DNA of 64,000 nt from Rhizophagus irregularis (lineage: Eukaryota), in assembly GCF_026210795.1 (NCBI RefSeq), contig NC_089434.1, forward strand, positions 4,030,001 to 4,094,000. Direction: 5' to 3'. Both the position numbers and the translations under genes were made by a program. Below, in pieces: positions 19,751 through 33,776 of the stretch; within the stretch, counting starts at the first letter, position 1, and each line of letters starts with the position of its first letter. The notes below the pieces were generated by a model that did not search any database, had not been told where the DNA came from, and worked only from the letters and a program-made list of their open reading frames with translations.

Positions 19751-20312
19751 TAGGGATTGGACCCGGTTGGACTATACCCGGGTTACCCGCAGGTGAGTGG
19801 GTATCCGGGTGGTAATAATTTCCACCCGGGTGGAGGCAGGTGGAGACAGGTGGGTCAACCCGTCAGGTCAACCTGGCAGATTACCCGTCAGGTCACCTGT
19901 TTAGTCAACTGTTGTTGATTAAATTTTTTTATTGATCAATATGAATCATTTAAAAGTTCCCGTTTAGTATTAATTATTAATAAATTAGTAAAATGATGAA
20001 GTTACATTTATCTTCAAAACATGATATTCATTGTTATTTGTTAAAAGAAATAGTTTATATTGTAAAGCTTGGAGTTAATAATATTTGAAATATCATAAAT
20101 TTGTCTTTTTTTAATCATTATATAACAAAAGAAATTAATATATAATATAAATGTTTTACAAGTTTTAAAATAAATAGTAATTTTTATATGAATTACGGGT
20201 GGGTAGCGGGTGGGTTGACGGGTTGGGTTGACCTGACTTTCACCCGGGTGACCCGCGGGTCCATCTGCCAGGTGACCCGGGTAGAGATTTTTTTAGACGG
20301 GTCCAATCTCTA
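19751..20312. mobile_element. hAT-like MITE
   Basis: TIR TAGGGATTGGACCCG / CGGGTCCAATCTCTA; ACCCG/CGGGT subterminal repeats; no TSD, abuts a truncated TLDc exon. Confidence 0.8.
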
Positions 20313-21782
20313 CCTCCAAGAATTTCATTGGTGTCTTGCACTTTAATTATTGCTACAGTACGAGATTGATTATCACATATCTTATGAAATTGTCTAGCTG
20401 TAAATCCATTACGAGGTCCACGAAAAATTAATTTTAATTTTCAATTCATCTGTAATTTCTAATCTATCAATCCATTTTGAAATTAATTCAGCGTGTTGGT
20501 TTTTAATTATTTTGGAATCAACTATTTTTAGTTGATGGACTATAATTGCTATTCAGAAATAGTTTTAATAATTCTATATAAAACTCATTGGTAGAATTTT
20601 CCTATAAGGAAACACATTTTTCAAGAATTCTCTTGGGTTAAATTAAAGAATTTCATAAAAGGAATACATTGTTGCAAAGTATTTTTAAAGTATTAAAATC
20701 ATCATTTGAATAACATGAAGGATCCGACAAAAGCCCAGCTAGGGATTGGAACCTGTTAATGTTAACCGGTTAATTAACCGGTTAAGACGGTTAACCGGTT
20801 AAAGGATTTTGAAAATCGGTTAACCGGTTAAAACTATATTTATCATAATTCTAGTCAGATTTATATAATGCGGCCCAGAGACATGTAAATTGCGGCCATG
20901 TGTTCCTAAACTTGAAGTTTTAATGCCGAATTTTTTTCTATTTATTTATAATAATTTTAGTGATATATAGTCTTCCTATAACTAAAATCCAAAATTGGTA
21001 CAATTTGCAGTAAAAAAATTTTTTAAAATATTTTTAATATTAACCGGTTATTAACCGAGACCCTTGGTTAACCGGTTTTTAACCGGTTAAGGTTTTTTGG
21101 ACGGTTCCAATCCCTATATTGAGCAATACCTCATTTAAGTACATGCACCAAACTTGAACCTCAGTCATTTGATGATTATTAAAGCTTTTTCTGGAGTCGA
21201 AGTAAAATCAGATGAATCGAAAATTTTTTCTGGATGTTTGGATAATAACTCTGCACAAAACTTTGGAGATCCAAGAAAGTATTATGTCCAAAACTCGTCT
21301 GGTATATTAGGTTAAAATTTTGTTTCAACCAGTTTTCATTGTTTTCAATCAAAAACGATTGAATATGAGGAATTAATTCTTGAAGACTTAGTTCATTAGC
21401 GGCAATCAAGATTTTAACAATATCTAAAATATCATATTCTACTAAAGAAATTCTTCCACCATAAATATATCTAAGATATAATTAAAAAAATATTTTTACA
21501 AAAATAATGACTTTTTTATAACAATTTAGTTTGTCATTTCTTTATAATTATTTGAAAAATTTTAGATAAAATATTTGGTAATTTAATATGTGCTAAAGTT
21601 CCGTCATTTTCTTTTTATTAGTTGATAAAATTCTTCGTAAATAAGGAGAACGATAAATTAAAATGACCATGTGAGAGCGAAATGTTTTTATCGACTTCAA
21701 TTGTAATATCATAATATTCATCATCATATAAAATTTCGATTAAATTTTGTGATAATTTTGGTAAAAATTTATTCTCAGCCAT
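20313..21782 (-). pseudogene. BTB-BACK-TLDc pseudogene
   Basis: MAENKFLPKLSQNL start, FRSHMVILIYRSPYLRR, IAANELSLQEL, NEILGG; frameshifts, an internal MITE, and 3' truncation at a MITE; paralogous to 42045-43641. Confidence 0.85.
20740..21116. mobile_element. hAT-like MITE inserted in the BTB pseudogene
   Basis: Perfect 14-bp TIR TAGGGATTGGAACC; TTAACCGG subterminal repeats. Confidence 0.85.
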
Positions 21783-23085
21783 TATTGTCAATGTTAAAAT
21801 AAAGAAAAGAGTATAAGAATTTTGCTTAATTTGTTTAATTTGTGGAATTGTTTTATCTGATAATAAATAAATTCATATTTATTAATAACCGATGAAATTT
21901 ACTCAAAAAAAAATCATTCTAATCGTCAAAAAGATTTTCATACTAATTCCATTAAAAATAAATATGAAATTTCGTAATTATAATATATCATAGTAACATT
22001 AAATCATTTTTTCAATAAGAGCGAGAAAATAAATTATTTTAAAGAAATATTTTATAAATAAAAGTTAATGATGAAGAATCGAAAAAACAGTCATGAAAAT
22101 ATTAATATTGTCTCAATTTAGAGAATGATCATGTGTAGATCAGACTCGGTCGCAGAAATGATTAATGTTTCCCATTTCGGTAAAGCAATACGATAAATTT
22201 AAATTAAGATTACTAAATTTGATATATTCAGTATTAAAAATCTTACATTAAATATAAACAAATAACAAATTATTGTTAAAAAATCATCTGAACTGCTTTG
22301 CAGTTCGCCTATACTTGGAAGGGTAAATTAGTAATATCACTGAATATGCTACGTCCAATCGTCCATTGTAGTTCTATTAGTATCAGATATTACAAATACA
22401 AAGTATAGTAGTTAACGTAATGAAGGCGATAAGAACGTGACTATACTTGTCCTACGTTACTAATTGATTTAAAATATCGCGAACTCGTAAGTCGTAACAA
22501 AGAATCAAAAAGAACAATCAAAATGGGTAATTACTATTATTATTCACCTTATAATCTACTTTCTGCTATTAGCTTACTTGTTATATCAATTTTTTGCAAT
22601 AAAAAAAAACGCTTCTCATCTAATTATTTCGCTAAAAATGAATTCTACTAAGCTTTTAAAAATTGAAGATTAACAACTTTATGTTTGTTCTAATTTTCCA
22701 TGTATTTTGGATTTAAATAATTTATATTTTTAACAAAAACAAGGGAACTAAAAATAATACGTAAATTGTTCCTCCCTTGTATAATTTGGGTAATTCAGAC
22801 CTACAGTACCAATCTCTTATTATTTATTATCGGTCGTCGATTTAATAATGTCTGTGCTATGAGAAATAATATCAAATTATGTAACTTAAAGCCATGATCA
22901 TTTCTATCTATATTAACCGATGAATGACTTTTTAATAAAATATTTGAGAATATTTAAAAATTCTTTTAAGTTACTCAATTTGATCTTAAATTTTTAAATG
23001 AACTGATTTAGGGGAAGGAATTCATACCAAATTTGTAATATAATTGGATAAATTTTAATGTAACTTAATTATTTAAATATTTGAA

Positions 23086-23115
23086 CTAGCAACAAGCCCG
23101 TTGCTTCGCATCAGG
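23086..23115 (-). mobile_element. Helitron-like 3' terminus
   Basis: Minus strand: imperfect GC hairpin CCTGATGC-GAA-GCAACGGG followed by CTTGTTG-CTAG|T. Confidence 0.5.
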
Positions 23116-23937
23116 ATTAATGATTACCTTGAGATAAACAAAAATTTATAATATACGGATATAAAATGATAAGAAAAAATCTATTTTCGTTTCTTGATTA
23201 ACTTTGGAAAAGAACATCATTATGATGACAATATTTCCATGAACTTGGACAATGCACATTTCGTCAACTTTGAAATTCAAATAATATTCTCAAAAATGGA
23301 TATATTTGATTGAAACGGGTTACCAGCAGTTGGATATTGTTTACAGGATGAGAACTGGACGTAATCTAATCAAATGCTGTATTTAAATGTGATTAAATGA
23401 ATTAAAAATGGGTTAACACTTTTTGATGAATAATAATCATTTAGATATTCTGATAATTTTATGTATTAGTTATTTACTAATCTAGTAGTATATAAATGGG
23501 TTATCATCCGAAGGATGATGGCCCATTTATATACTAAACTAGATCAGTAAATAACTTTTTTATCATCCTAGATATACTAATTGGTCCGCCAGTTTATAAC
23601 TGGCGGAAAAAATCCTAAATACCAATTAGTAGCCAGGTGATAAAACATAATTATTAAATAAAATTTATACAATTTAAAATAATAATCAAATGAATGTTTT
23701 ATAAATAATTTTTATTAAAAAATACTAGTGCGTTGTTACAAAATTAACTTGCTTGTACATGATATTTTTTATAATTATCTTTATTTAATAATTGAAAAGT
23801 CCTATAAAAAAATAGAGAATTGAATTATTTAAATTACAAACTAAGAATCTTTTTAATACTCTAATCTTAGTGTTTAAATAATTTCAAAATAAAAATAATA
23901 AGTAGTGAAAAATGAATTTGTTATCAAGTAAATTAAT

Positions 23938-26177
23938 TTAAAATCCATCTAAAGAGGATAAATATATTAGTGAATGAATATAATATATTATTTTAATCTT
24001 ATTAAAATATTAAATTATAAACAAACCATCAGGAATTTCTTGTTTATCCTTTTTTTCTGAATGAAGATTTGGATTATTTTGTACTTCATCTATAAAAATA
24101 TGATAAGTTAGAATAATAATACTGGCCATTATTATATATAATTTATTTTACTTACCATTAATACTAATATTTGTTCGTTGCTGCATTATTTCTCTCTCAT
24201 AGTCATTTTGAACGTCGTCTATTATTTAATAAATCAAATTTAATAAAATATTCATTCTTATATTTAACGAAAATTAGAATTAAATGTTTAAGACTTTACC
24301 ATTCTCCATTTTCAATTTTTTAAATAATCTGGATGATTCTTTGCTATCATTATCTGTAATCAAGATATAAATTAGTATTTATTCATTCAAAATTCTAATA
24401 TATACTTTTAAAATTAATTGATGTACACTGATTACTTGATTTACTAAGATTACTAGCTATAATGAAAATCAATCATATAATATTTTATTTATATAAAATT
24501 CAATATTATTTTAATAAATACTTACCATTACTAGAAATACTAAAATCATATGATCTAGTGGTATAAAATGCTATTTAAAAAAAAAGATCATTAATTAAAG
24601 GATTTATACTAAAACATTATTAACTTTATATTACCTATTTGTTCTTCTATTATTATTTAATTAAAAAAAAGGTATCGTTAATTATAATGTTAAAGAAAAA
24701 AGAATCAAATAGTTAATAAACATTAAAAAGCATACCTTCCGTTGCATTTTTTGGTTCATGTAGATTTTCAAAATTATGAATTTTACTTGTAAATATTTTA
24801 CTACTCATTATATTATTTGGTTTTTTACCTACTTTTATTATTGATAGAGGTAGTTCATCAGGTTTATTTCGATAATATGTCATAATTTCATTCATCTTAT
24901 CACGAAGTGTATTAATATCAGGCCTTTTTAATGGATTAGCATCCCAACATTGCTCAATTAGATTTTTATATTTGGAAGGAATTTCTGATATAATTTTTGG
25001 TCTTATACCATCAATGATATTGATTGCAAAAATACAATCATGTTCATAATTCATAAATGGAGGTTGCCCAAATGAAATTTCCCACATAAGAATTGCAATA
25101 CTATAAATATCAGATTTAAAAGTATATCCTTTTCCATTAATAACTTCAGGAGCTATGTAAGGAAGATTTCCATATATACTTGTTGATGGTTTGTCTGCAG
25201 GGCCACAAAATCCAAGATCACTAATAAACCAATGACTATTAAACTGTGAATATAATATATTTCCAGAATGCAAATCTCTATGAATTGAATTCTCTTTATG
25301 AACATAATAAAGTGCATTGATTATTTCAAAAGTAATTCTAATTCTTTCATTCCATGTAAGTTGATTATGATTTTGTTGTAAATATTCTCTTAAATTCAAA
25401 TCAAGCTTATACATTACAAGTAAATAATTTCCACTTGATGGATTTTGTGTTAAACCATAACATTGAACGACATCTGCCCATTTATTACTTATAGTTAAAT
25501 GTGATTTAGCCTTGAATTTAAAATTTAATTGTTAATAATATTATTTATTTTTTTTAAAGTTCTTTAAATATTTTTAACTTACAAACCTCTTCAAACCAAC
25601 TTTGACTTGCATTTTCAACATTTTTTAATTCTTTAAGTATTATAGCAAGAGTTCCATGTCTTATTAATTGTCGCTCTTTAGAATCCCATTCTTCATATCC
25701 ACCATTAATCCAATCTGCTGTATAAATCTCTGAGAATCCACCTTTTGTCAGATATTTAATATTTTCTAAATTATTAAATGGGATCCATTCAATAATAACA
25801 TCTGGTCTAAGTGTTTCCATTTGACAATTTATTATTAAATTATCAATAACATTATTTCCAGAAGTCCAATTTGAAAAATTAGATTTTAAATAATTTCGAA
25901 CACAAAATTCACAATATAATGTAGCTAAACATTTTTGGTTACAATTTTCACAAACTCTTCTTGTCCCATCATTATAAATAATTTTAGCTCGGTCATAATT
26001 TTTATTATTTGATTTTATTGCTTCCGTTTTTTCTTCTTCTGTAAGAGAATTATCAGCAAGAATTGTTTGTTGCATAAATTCATGTTGTTCATGGAAGCTA
26101 TTGTGAACATTATAATCAATTAATGCAAATGCTCTACTAATTGCTGCACGTATTAATTCTTTCCGAATATTGGACAT
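23938..26177 (-). CDS. TKL-type Ser/Thr/Tyr kinase, multi-exon with C-terminal micro-exons
   Basis: CxxC pair, WTSGN, KGGFSEIY, HRDLHSGN, SDLG, YGNLPYIAPE; GT-AG intron 25586-25511, then short exons ending ...NNPNLHSE...EIPDDGF*. Confidence 0.85.
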
Positions 26178-27063
26178 TTTTGTAAAAGAAAAAAAAAATA
26201 TTTTTAAGTTGCAAAAAAAAAATAAAGTTTTCATAGACGGTTAAACAAATAAGTTGTGCAACCACCAAAATTTTATGTCATGTGCTGTATTGTAAACAAA
26301 ATAATGATCATCTGATCATACAATATAGACAAAAAATCCGACATTGCCAGCAAACATATATGATGTAAAAACTACAAAGGTACAAATGACGTTAAGTTTA
26401 AGCTTTTGTAGACTAGAATTATTTATTGCAAATTTAATTTTGATGTTCTTGGAAAAAAACCTATTTTATCAAATCATCATAGAATTCAAATGTGAAACAC
26501 CTCTAAATTCATAGTAAAATAAAATTTTAATTGCCATATTTGTGATGGCGATTGTCTATGTTATCAATAAATTTCAATGGTAATAAAAAAATATTAAATA
26601 TCAATAATGGGTTAATTTTCTTAACTTTTTAATATTATTTATTTTAGTTATTGCTTGGGATTTTTTTATTGGCAATTGATGTTTAATGAACCAAATTTGA
26701 AGTTTCGAATGAAAAGGCGAAATCAAAAATTCAATTTTGATTGTAAAGTGTTATTTGCATATTTCGATATTATAATAAAGTAAAATATTTTTCAGACAAA
26801 ATTCATTACCTTTTTCGTAACATAATGAGCTTATAAAAATTAAAAATTAACCATATTTAGATAATTTCTCTACACAATAAAACTTTTTTTAAAAAAAAAT
26901 TCAGAGATCATTTCTTAATAATTTTTTATTGCAGGAAAAAAAAATTATTGTAGTTGGAGACTAAAGTCAATAAATGTTTAAGAGTACAAGACATTACATA
27001 CTATCCATTTTTTAGATATAGCTGGAATTCTGGATGACATTATTGATGACTATATCTATTTGG

Positions 27064-27542
27064 TAGAGTTTGGAACCGGTTCTATTTTCGAACCGAATTT
27101 AAAACGGGTGCAACCGGTTCGATCCGTTTCAAACCGATTTCGCAAAACCCGATTGAAACCGAATAACCGAATCGTATATATTTGATAATTCCGGCCAGAA
27201 TTAAATGTGATCGGCATAAATCTGGCCAAGTTATAATTCCGGCCGGAATTACAACCCTTGTGTAACACAATACGAAATTTTGTGGGACACAATTATCTGT
27301 AATAAAATTTTGTGTAACATAACTTACCCGGTGGCTAAACTATTTAGCCGTGGTCACGTGATTTTAATTCGTAATTCGGGCCAGCACTATAAAGTTTCAA
27401 TATCAAACCGGGTTGGAAATCCGGTTGCACCCGTTTTAAACGCAAACCGGTTTCAGAATATGAATTCGGGTCAAACCGAATTGTCAAAAAATCGGTTGGA
27501 ACCGATTTTTAAACCGGTTGGTGCAACCGGTTCCAAACTCTA
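27064..27542. mobile_element. hAT MITE
   Basis: TIR TAGAGTTTGGAACCGGTT; perfect 8-bp TSD CTATTTGG (27056-27063 / 27543-27550). Confidence 0.92.
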
Positions 27543-28050
27543 CTATTTGGTGATCGACTCTATAAAATGATCCATCGTTTTTTATTCACTTTTTAATGCA
27601 AAAAAAAAACATTTACTAGGACTTCCTAAGAATTTAGGCCATTAGAAAATTTTACTCACCATTTGCATAAAATTCTTGAAGAATAAAGATTTAAAATCCT
27701 GAAGTTGATGGTACAATAACCATTTCGGGATTTTGTAATTTTATATTACGAAGATTATGAAGTGCCAAGGAATTAACATTTCGGGATTACGATTTTTTGG
27801 GATTATGATATTTTGAACATGCTTTTTATGTCAGATTGTGCTACATTTGAGTGGAGATATACAAAAGAAATATTAACTATAATATATATTTTGATATTTT
27901 TATAAGAAAGTGTAATAATTACAACTTGAAATAATTAAAGTGTAGCTTCAAGAATCAAGGCTTTTAAAGATGTACAAATTGTCAATGTTTCCATAAAATT
28001 AGTGAAAACCTCTAACTATTCTACCCTTTCTTTTCTCGATATCCAGATCC

Positions 28051-28339
28051 TAGTGATGGCCATGCTCAAATGACTGGTCACGTGCCATTTGGGTCATTTC
28101 AGCATTAAATGACAAATGACCTAGCCATTTAAAATTACATCATAATTCTGGCCAAAGTTATCTAGTTATCTATGTAATTTCATTGTTTCAAGGATAAAAT
28201 TATATTACGTGATAATATGAATTTGTAATTCCGGTCGGCATCATAAATTTGGTCAATTAATTCTAAATGACTCAAATGACAAATGACCCGAATGACTAGG
28301 TTCGGTCATTTCAAAATGGTCAAATGACCTCCATCACTG
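28051..28339. mobile_element. Degenerate hAT-like MITE
   Basis: YAGTGATGG / CCATCACTG termini, AAATGAC subterminal repeats; no TSD seen. Confidence 0.6.
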
Positions 28340-28597
28340 ACGCAATGTGATACAAAATGTCCATAATTCTGATTGGCACAACAAAAATCTTAATTAGTTT
28401 AAAATCTTTACTATTCTCACATGATATTATAATGTAACCACAAATAGTAATAATAAGATCCATATGATTTTTTTTGTTTGTAATACAGTATTGAACGTAG
28501 AAGCAAATGTTTTACTTTTTTAAAAAAAAAAAATTCCAAAACTCTTACCTTTTCATTTTTTAAAATTAAACCTAAATTTTTCAATAATATTAACAAA

Positions 28598-30052
28598 ATG
28601 CCTCAACTTCTCGCTGATTGTCTTGATGAAGTTATTGAATATTTAAATGATGATAAATATAGTTTACATTCATGTTTATTAGTTAATCGCCTTTGGTGTC
28701 GAGTTACCGTGGGAATTTTATGGAGAGATTGCAATAATTATAGTATTTCGGATTATAGAACTTTAATTAATTGTCTTCCAGATGAGTCCAAAAAAAATTT
28801 AAAAGAAAATGGAATTATTATTTCTACCTCACATCCAATTTTCAATTATGCAATATTTTGTAAAGTTTTATCAATTAGTAAAGTTCATGAAAAAATTATT
28901 CACCTTCTTGAAAATCAATATAATCTTTTACTTGAAGATCTTATCAATTATACACACGTAACAGTACAAGAAATATGTAAAATGTATATGAATCAGACCT
29001 CTTTAAAAGTTTTAGAATACGTTCAATATTCTGATGTAACTTATGATATTTATCCTAGTCCAAGAGATTTCTTAAAAAATCTTACAGAATTAACTTTTAG
29101 TTCAAATATTTCACCTGAACTTCTTATTAATTTGACTCAAACATGTCACAATTTATTCCTTTTAGATGTAGTAATTATTTATCATGTTCCAAAGGAATTA
29201 GTTGATTTAATTACCATTCAGAAAAATTTAAAATGTTTTGGTATGATGATACATGATGGACCGAAAGATGAAATCAATTCAATTCCATTATTAACGATGG
29301 AACTTCCTAAAACTTTAACCAGATTTGTTGTTGTTGGAGGGAATTATAAAATTTCATTGTCATTTCTAGTAAATTTTACAAATTTACAAGAACTTGAAAT
29401 ATCATTTGATTTTAGTGAATGTATTGAGAGTTTTGAAAAGTTACAAGATGCTATTTTCCCACAATTACAAATTTTAATAATTAAATATTCATGTCCAAGA
29501 ATGGAGTTTTTAATAAAATTTTTAAAAAATAACGGAAAAAATTTAAAAAAAATTCACATAGATGTCGATGATTGTGAAAGTGGAATTAGTGAGGATAGTG
29601 ATGTAGATAGTATTAATTCCTTGAACTTAACTATTGCTAAATATTGTCCAAACATCAGAAAACTTTCTACTGGATTTAGTGATAAAGCATTGGAAACGTT
29701 AAAAATATTATTTAATAATTGTCAATACTTAGAAAGTATTAAAATTTGGTGCGGAGATAGATTTTTGAACGAAAAGGAAGCATTGGAGACGGTTTTGAAA
29801 TATTCAAAAAATATTTATGAAATAATTTTACAATATCAGTTTGACTTAAAATTTGAATTATTTCCAAGTGAATTAGAGTCCTTTTTTATAGATTGGAAAA
29901 AACGTATACCACAAAAACCACTTTCTTTTGTGATCATTGATAGTGCATTTTGTAAAAATAGATTAGATAAAAATGTTGAAAATATGAAAATTATTGAAAC
30001 GTATACCAAATTAGGTGTTGTTAAGAATTTTGAAATTGGTGATTATTCGTGA
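28598..30052 (+). CDS. F-box-like / LRR (RNI-like) protein
   Basis: MPQLLADCLDEVIEYL...LHSCLLVNRLWC..LW N-terminus, LRR-like C-terminus (NCQYLESI). Confidence 0.85.
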   Translation: MPQLLADCLDEVIEYLNDDKYSLHSCLLVNRLWCRVTVGILWRDCNNYSISDYRTLINCLPDESKKNLKENGIIISTSHPIFNYAIFCKVLSISKVHEKIIHLLENQYNLLLEDLINYTHVTVQEICKMYMNQTSLKVLEYVQYSDVTYDIYPSPRDFLKNLTELTFSSNISPELLINLTQTCHNLFLLDVVIIYHVPKELVDLITIQKNLKCFGMMIHDGPKDEINSIPLLTMELPKTLTRFVVVGGNYKISLSFLVNFTNLQELEISFDFSECIESFEKLQDAIFPQLQILIIKYSCPRMEFLIKFLKNNGKNLKKIHIDVDDCESGISEDSDVDSINSLNLTIAKYCPNIRKLSTGFSDKALETLKILFNNCQYLESIKIWCGDRFLNEKEALETVLKYSKNIYEIILQYQFDLKFELFPSELESFFIDWKKRIPQKPLSFVIIDSAFCKNRLDKNVENMKIIETYTKLGVVKNFEIGDYS

Positions 30053-31599
30053 ATTATGGATTTATTAATTTATTCTGACTTATACATGTATTTTTTTTTT
30101 GTAAATCTAAGGAACTTTCTTTTTTATTATTACATATTTTAAATCTTATCTATATATATTTTTAGTAATATATAAGAACATTTTTATATATTAAAAAAAC
30201 TTTAAAAAAATATAAAAAAAATGTAAAAAATATAAAATAAAAAAAAAATAAAGGATTTATATTTTATGAAAAATATTTCTTTTGTTTCGTGTGTCTAATG
30301 GATCAAACATAGCTTTTTTGTATTTTATATCTCAATACGTGTAAGTCAGCACTTTTTTAGTATATCCGTGTTTAGATCTGATTAACCACATTAAAAACTC
30401 GTCACACCACTTATGACGCTTACTTCTGTGATATCACTCATCTTTACTTACAAAACCTACCACGAATAACCCTTATTTTCTATATACTATCACTTTATAC
30501 ATGACACATAATCATACCAAGGTTTGAAAAAAGCGTTTTGCATTCTGAAAACTGATTATCTTAAAATTTTCATCCAGTATTTATTTATATTTTTACAGGG
30601 ATTAAACACCAGGGTTAAATATGGGTAAATCTGGGGGAAATTGATCAATTCAAGTTTTATTCCAAATTTTATCCCAGATAAATCTGGAGTTTAGCCCTAG
30701 ACTTTTAATCAGAACGGTAATTCATAGTTAAAAAAGCATTGTTTTCGCATCAATCGTATTTTCATATAATCTACAGATCAATTTCCCGTCTTCATTTTTT
30801 ATTAATGAGATTTTTTATAAAATTAATGTATGACATTAATTAATTTAACAAAAAAATATATATATTTATATTTATATTAGAGTAACTTTCAATTTCTCAT
30901 TTATTTAAAACAATGCTTCCAAAAATCAAATAAAAGCTGGGTATAAAAGTCATAGCAAGGAATCATCAAGAAATTTCCAAAATAGTATTAGATGTATTAA
31001 TGAACGAAACATCAGGTTATTTATAATTCCAACATTGATAAATGCGACAACGAGTACATTAAACGGATATGACACTATTATACAATGAAATATATGATAT
31101 ACATTACATATATAGTATGGTATTATTTGCTACCTATAATCAAAAAAATTAAAAATTTCTTATCTTAATATTTGTCACGTATTCTCTTGCATAATGAATA
31201 AATGTAATGTTAAAGCATTTTCTTAGAATATTTTATAAATATTTCACTTTCAATACTGCTCTTATTATTCTTTCGACCATAGTATATCGGTAATTTTTTG
31301 TTCTAATTAATATAGTAATGAATTTATTGTTCAATTACAAACTGATATTACTCAAAATAAACTTATATGTTACACGTTTACTTTATAATCAATAATGTTA
31401 TTAATTACTATTATGTAAATATATAATCCTAATTATAAACCCAAAAGATAAAGTTAAAAAAATATTTCAAATAATATAATTATGTATTCAATCTATTATT
31501 TCACATTCTAATTATCAGATTTTAAAAGATCTTGATCTAAAATGTAAATAAGTATATCAAATAAATAAATTATAGAAGTTTGTTTAAGATGAAAATTAT

Positions 31600-32360
31600 T
31601 AAATACCTGAATCTAGCACGTCGGTAAAGGCAAATTATTAGTATCTAATAAATTAAAATTAATATCAATTTTTAGCTAATTCTGTTTGATTTTCTTTACT
31701 ATTTATGTACGCACTAAGTTCATTCATCCATTTATAAAATATTTTTGAAAGATCCATTGCATTTGGTTTATCTAAAACAATTTTTAATTAAAACCAGAAT
31801 TAATTGAGGTACTTTAATATTAAAATTTGGCCTCAAACCTTCACAAATATTTAATGCTAAATATTGAGCAGCATTATCATAATACGGAGGAAATCCTGAG
31901 ATTATCCTAAACATAATTATACCAAAACTATAGATGTCAGAAGATTGGGTATAAATTTGACCTCTTAAAATTCCAGGAGCTACATAAGGTAAAATACCAT
32001 ACACATTATCTTCTAATTCTTCATAATTTACTGGTTTACAAGAACTCATACCAGCTATACAAATCACACTATTAAAACATACTATATTTCCAATATGTAA
32101 TTCTCGGTGAATTAATCCTTTTATGAGAATTCTCTTAAGTCCAGATTCTGTATTTTGTAAAACATTAAATTTACGTTTCCACTTCAAATCAAAAAGCATG
32201 TTTGTTATATGATTTTTCCCTTAAATAATTTTGTAAATTTCTTCGAACAGCATATGCCATAACAATAATATAATTTTTTGTACTTGTATCTTGGCATATT
32301 CCATAACATCTCACAGTATGATGGGATGGTTTATCTTCAAATATTTTAATATATGATGTA
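31600..32360 (-). pseudogene. Degenerate TKL kinase pseudogene
   Basis: HRELHIGN, YGILPYVAPG and SDIYSFG, with catalytic residues lost and the frame broken; boundaries approximate. Confidence 0.75.
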
Positions 32361-33776
32361 ATCTAACTGAAATTATTAATTTTCATCATTATTAACCAGG
32401 AAAAGAAAATTTATGACAAAAATGAAATCAGTAGAGGAAATCTATCGAGCTCAATTTATTATTATATAAATCAATTATATAGAACGATTAAACTATTGTA
32501 AATCATATTAGGAAAATTTATTTGTAAGTACAGAATAATTATTCAAGTATGATAGAGTAATATATTTTAAGGAATTTCTTTTTAGAATATCAAAATAGTA
32601 AATCATTATTGGTAAATATGAAATAACGTCATTGATTACATTTGATTATTCTATCAAAACTCTACAAGTATTATTTTCAATGATCAATACATATCAATAA
32701 AATCGGAAATATAATTTATAAATGTTTTTCCATTATAGCAGATGCTTTTATATGCAAAATTCTTGATATAAACGAACTTTGTGTTCATATTGTTACAAAT
32801 AATCGTACGTGTTTAAAACAATTCTTATAAATATTATAATAACAATTTTCTGAGAGAGAAGATGATTAGAGAATTGGCAATTTATTTTGTGTAGAACATA
32901 GAATCAATTATTCCTATTGCTATCATGTACGGTACATTATGACACTAGTATCCAAAATAATCCAATGCAATGTTCTTAATTTTCATATCCACCGAATTTA
33001 GCTGTTATATATACACATATATTATATATACTGTACATATATAATGATACTTTTCCTCTGATAATTGTGAAAGATTAGGATTTATATTACGAAATAAAAA
33101 TCAATTAGGTAATTGCTGAAATTAAAAAGTGAAAAAAAATAACGTGTTTGCTTATTAAAGTTTATATAATTTGATAGAATATCATGTGATTAATCGTAAT
33201 TCGAAAAAAAAAATGAATTTTAGTTAACTTGGTCTAAACTACCTTAGGAATTTAAAAAAAACTATTTTAAAACATAGCCTATTATTTAGGAACTTTAGAT
33301 AATGTACTACGGTTATTTGATTAAAACATCCGACTTAATAGTTGTATATTAATAATTAATTACGAAATTATTGAATATTTGAATCCATTAAACTATAATG
33401 TGTGTAATATTGCATCAAAATTTCCATTGTCAGTTATATTAAAAATCACATTTAGACATTTAGTATAAAATTGCTTTTTTATCCTTTTAAATTTAACTAT
33501 TAAAGTTAAATTAAATTCATCAATTATTTAAACCCTTTAGGACAAATTAAACAAAAACGATTTATTACGCATAAAATGATATAATCAAATGTTAAAATCG
33601 TTATTTATATAATTTATATAGAATATTCTTAAATATAAAATCCAATAAATCTATATGTAAATATAAAAACTAAGATAAAAATTTATAAAGTATAACAAAT
33701 AAATAGAACTTCAATAATTTCAATACATAAACTATCTGACTTCAACTTTCGCATGAAAAAGAAACTTCATTCAATA

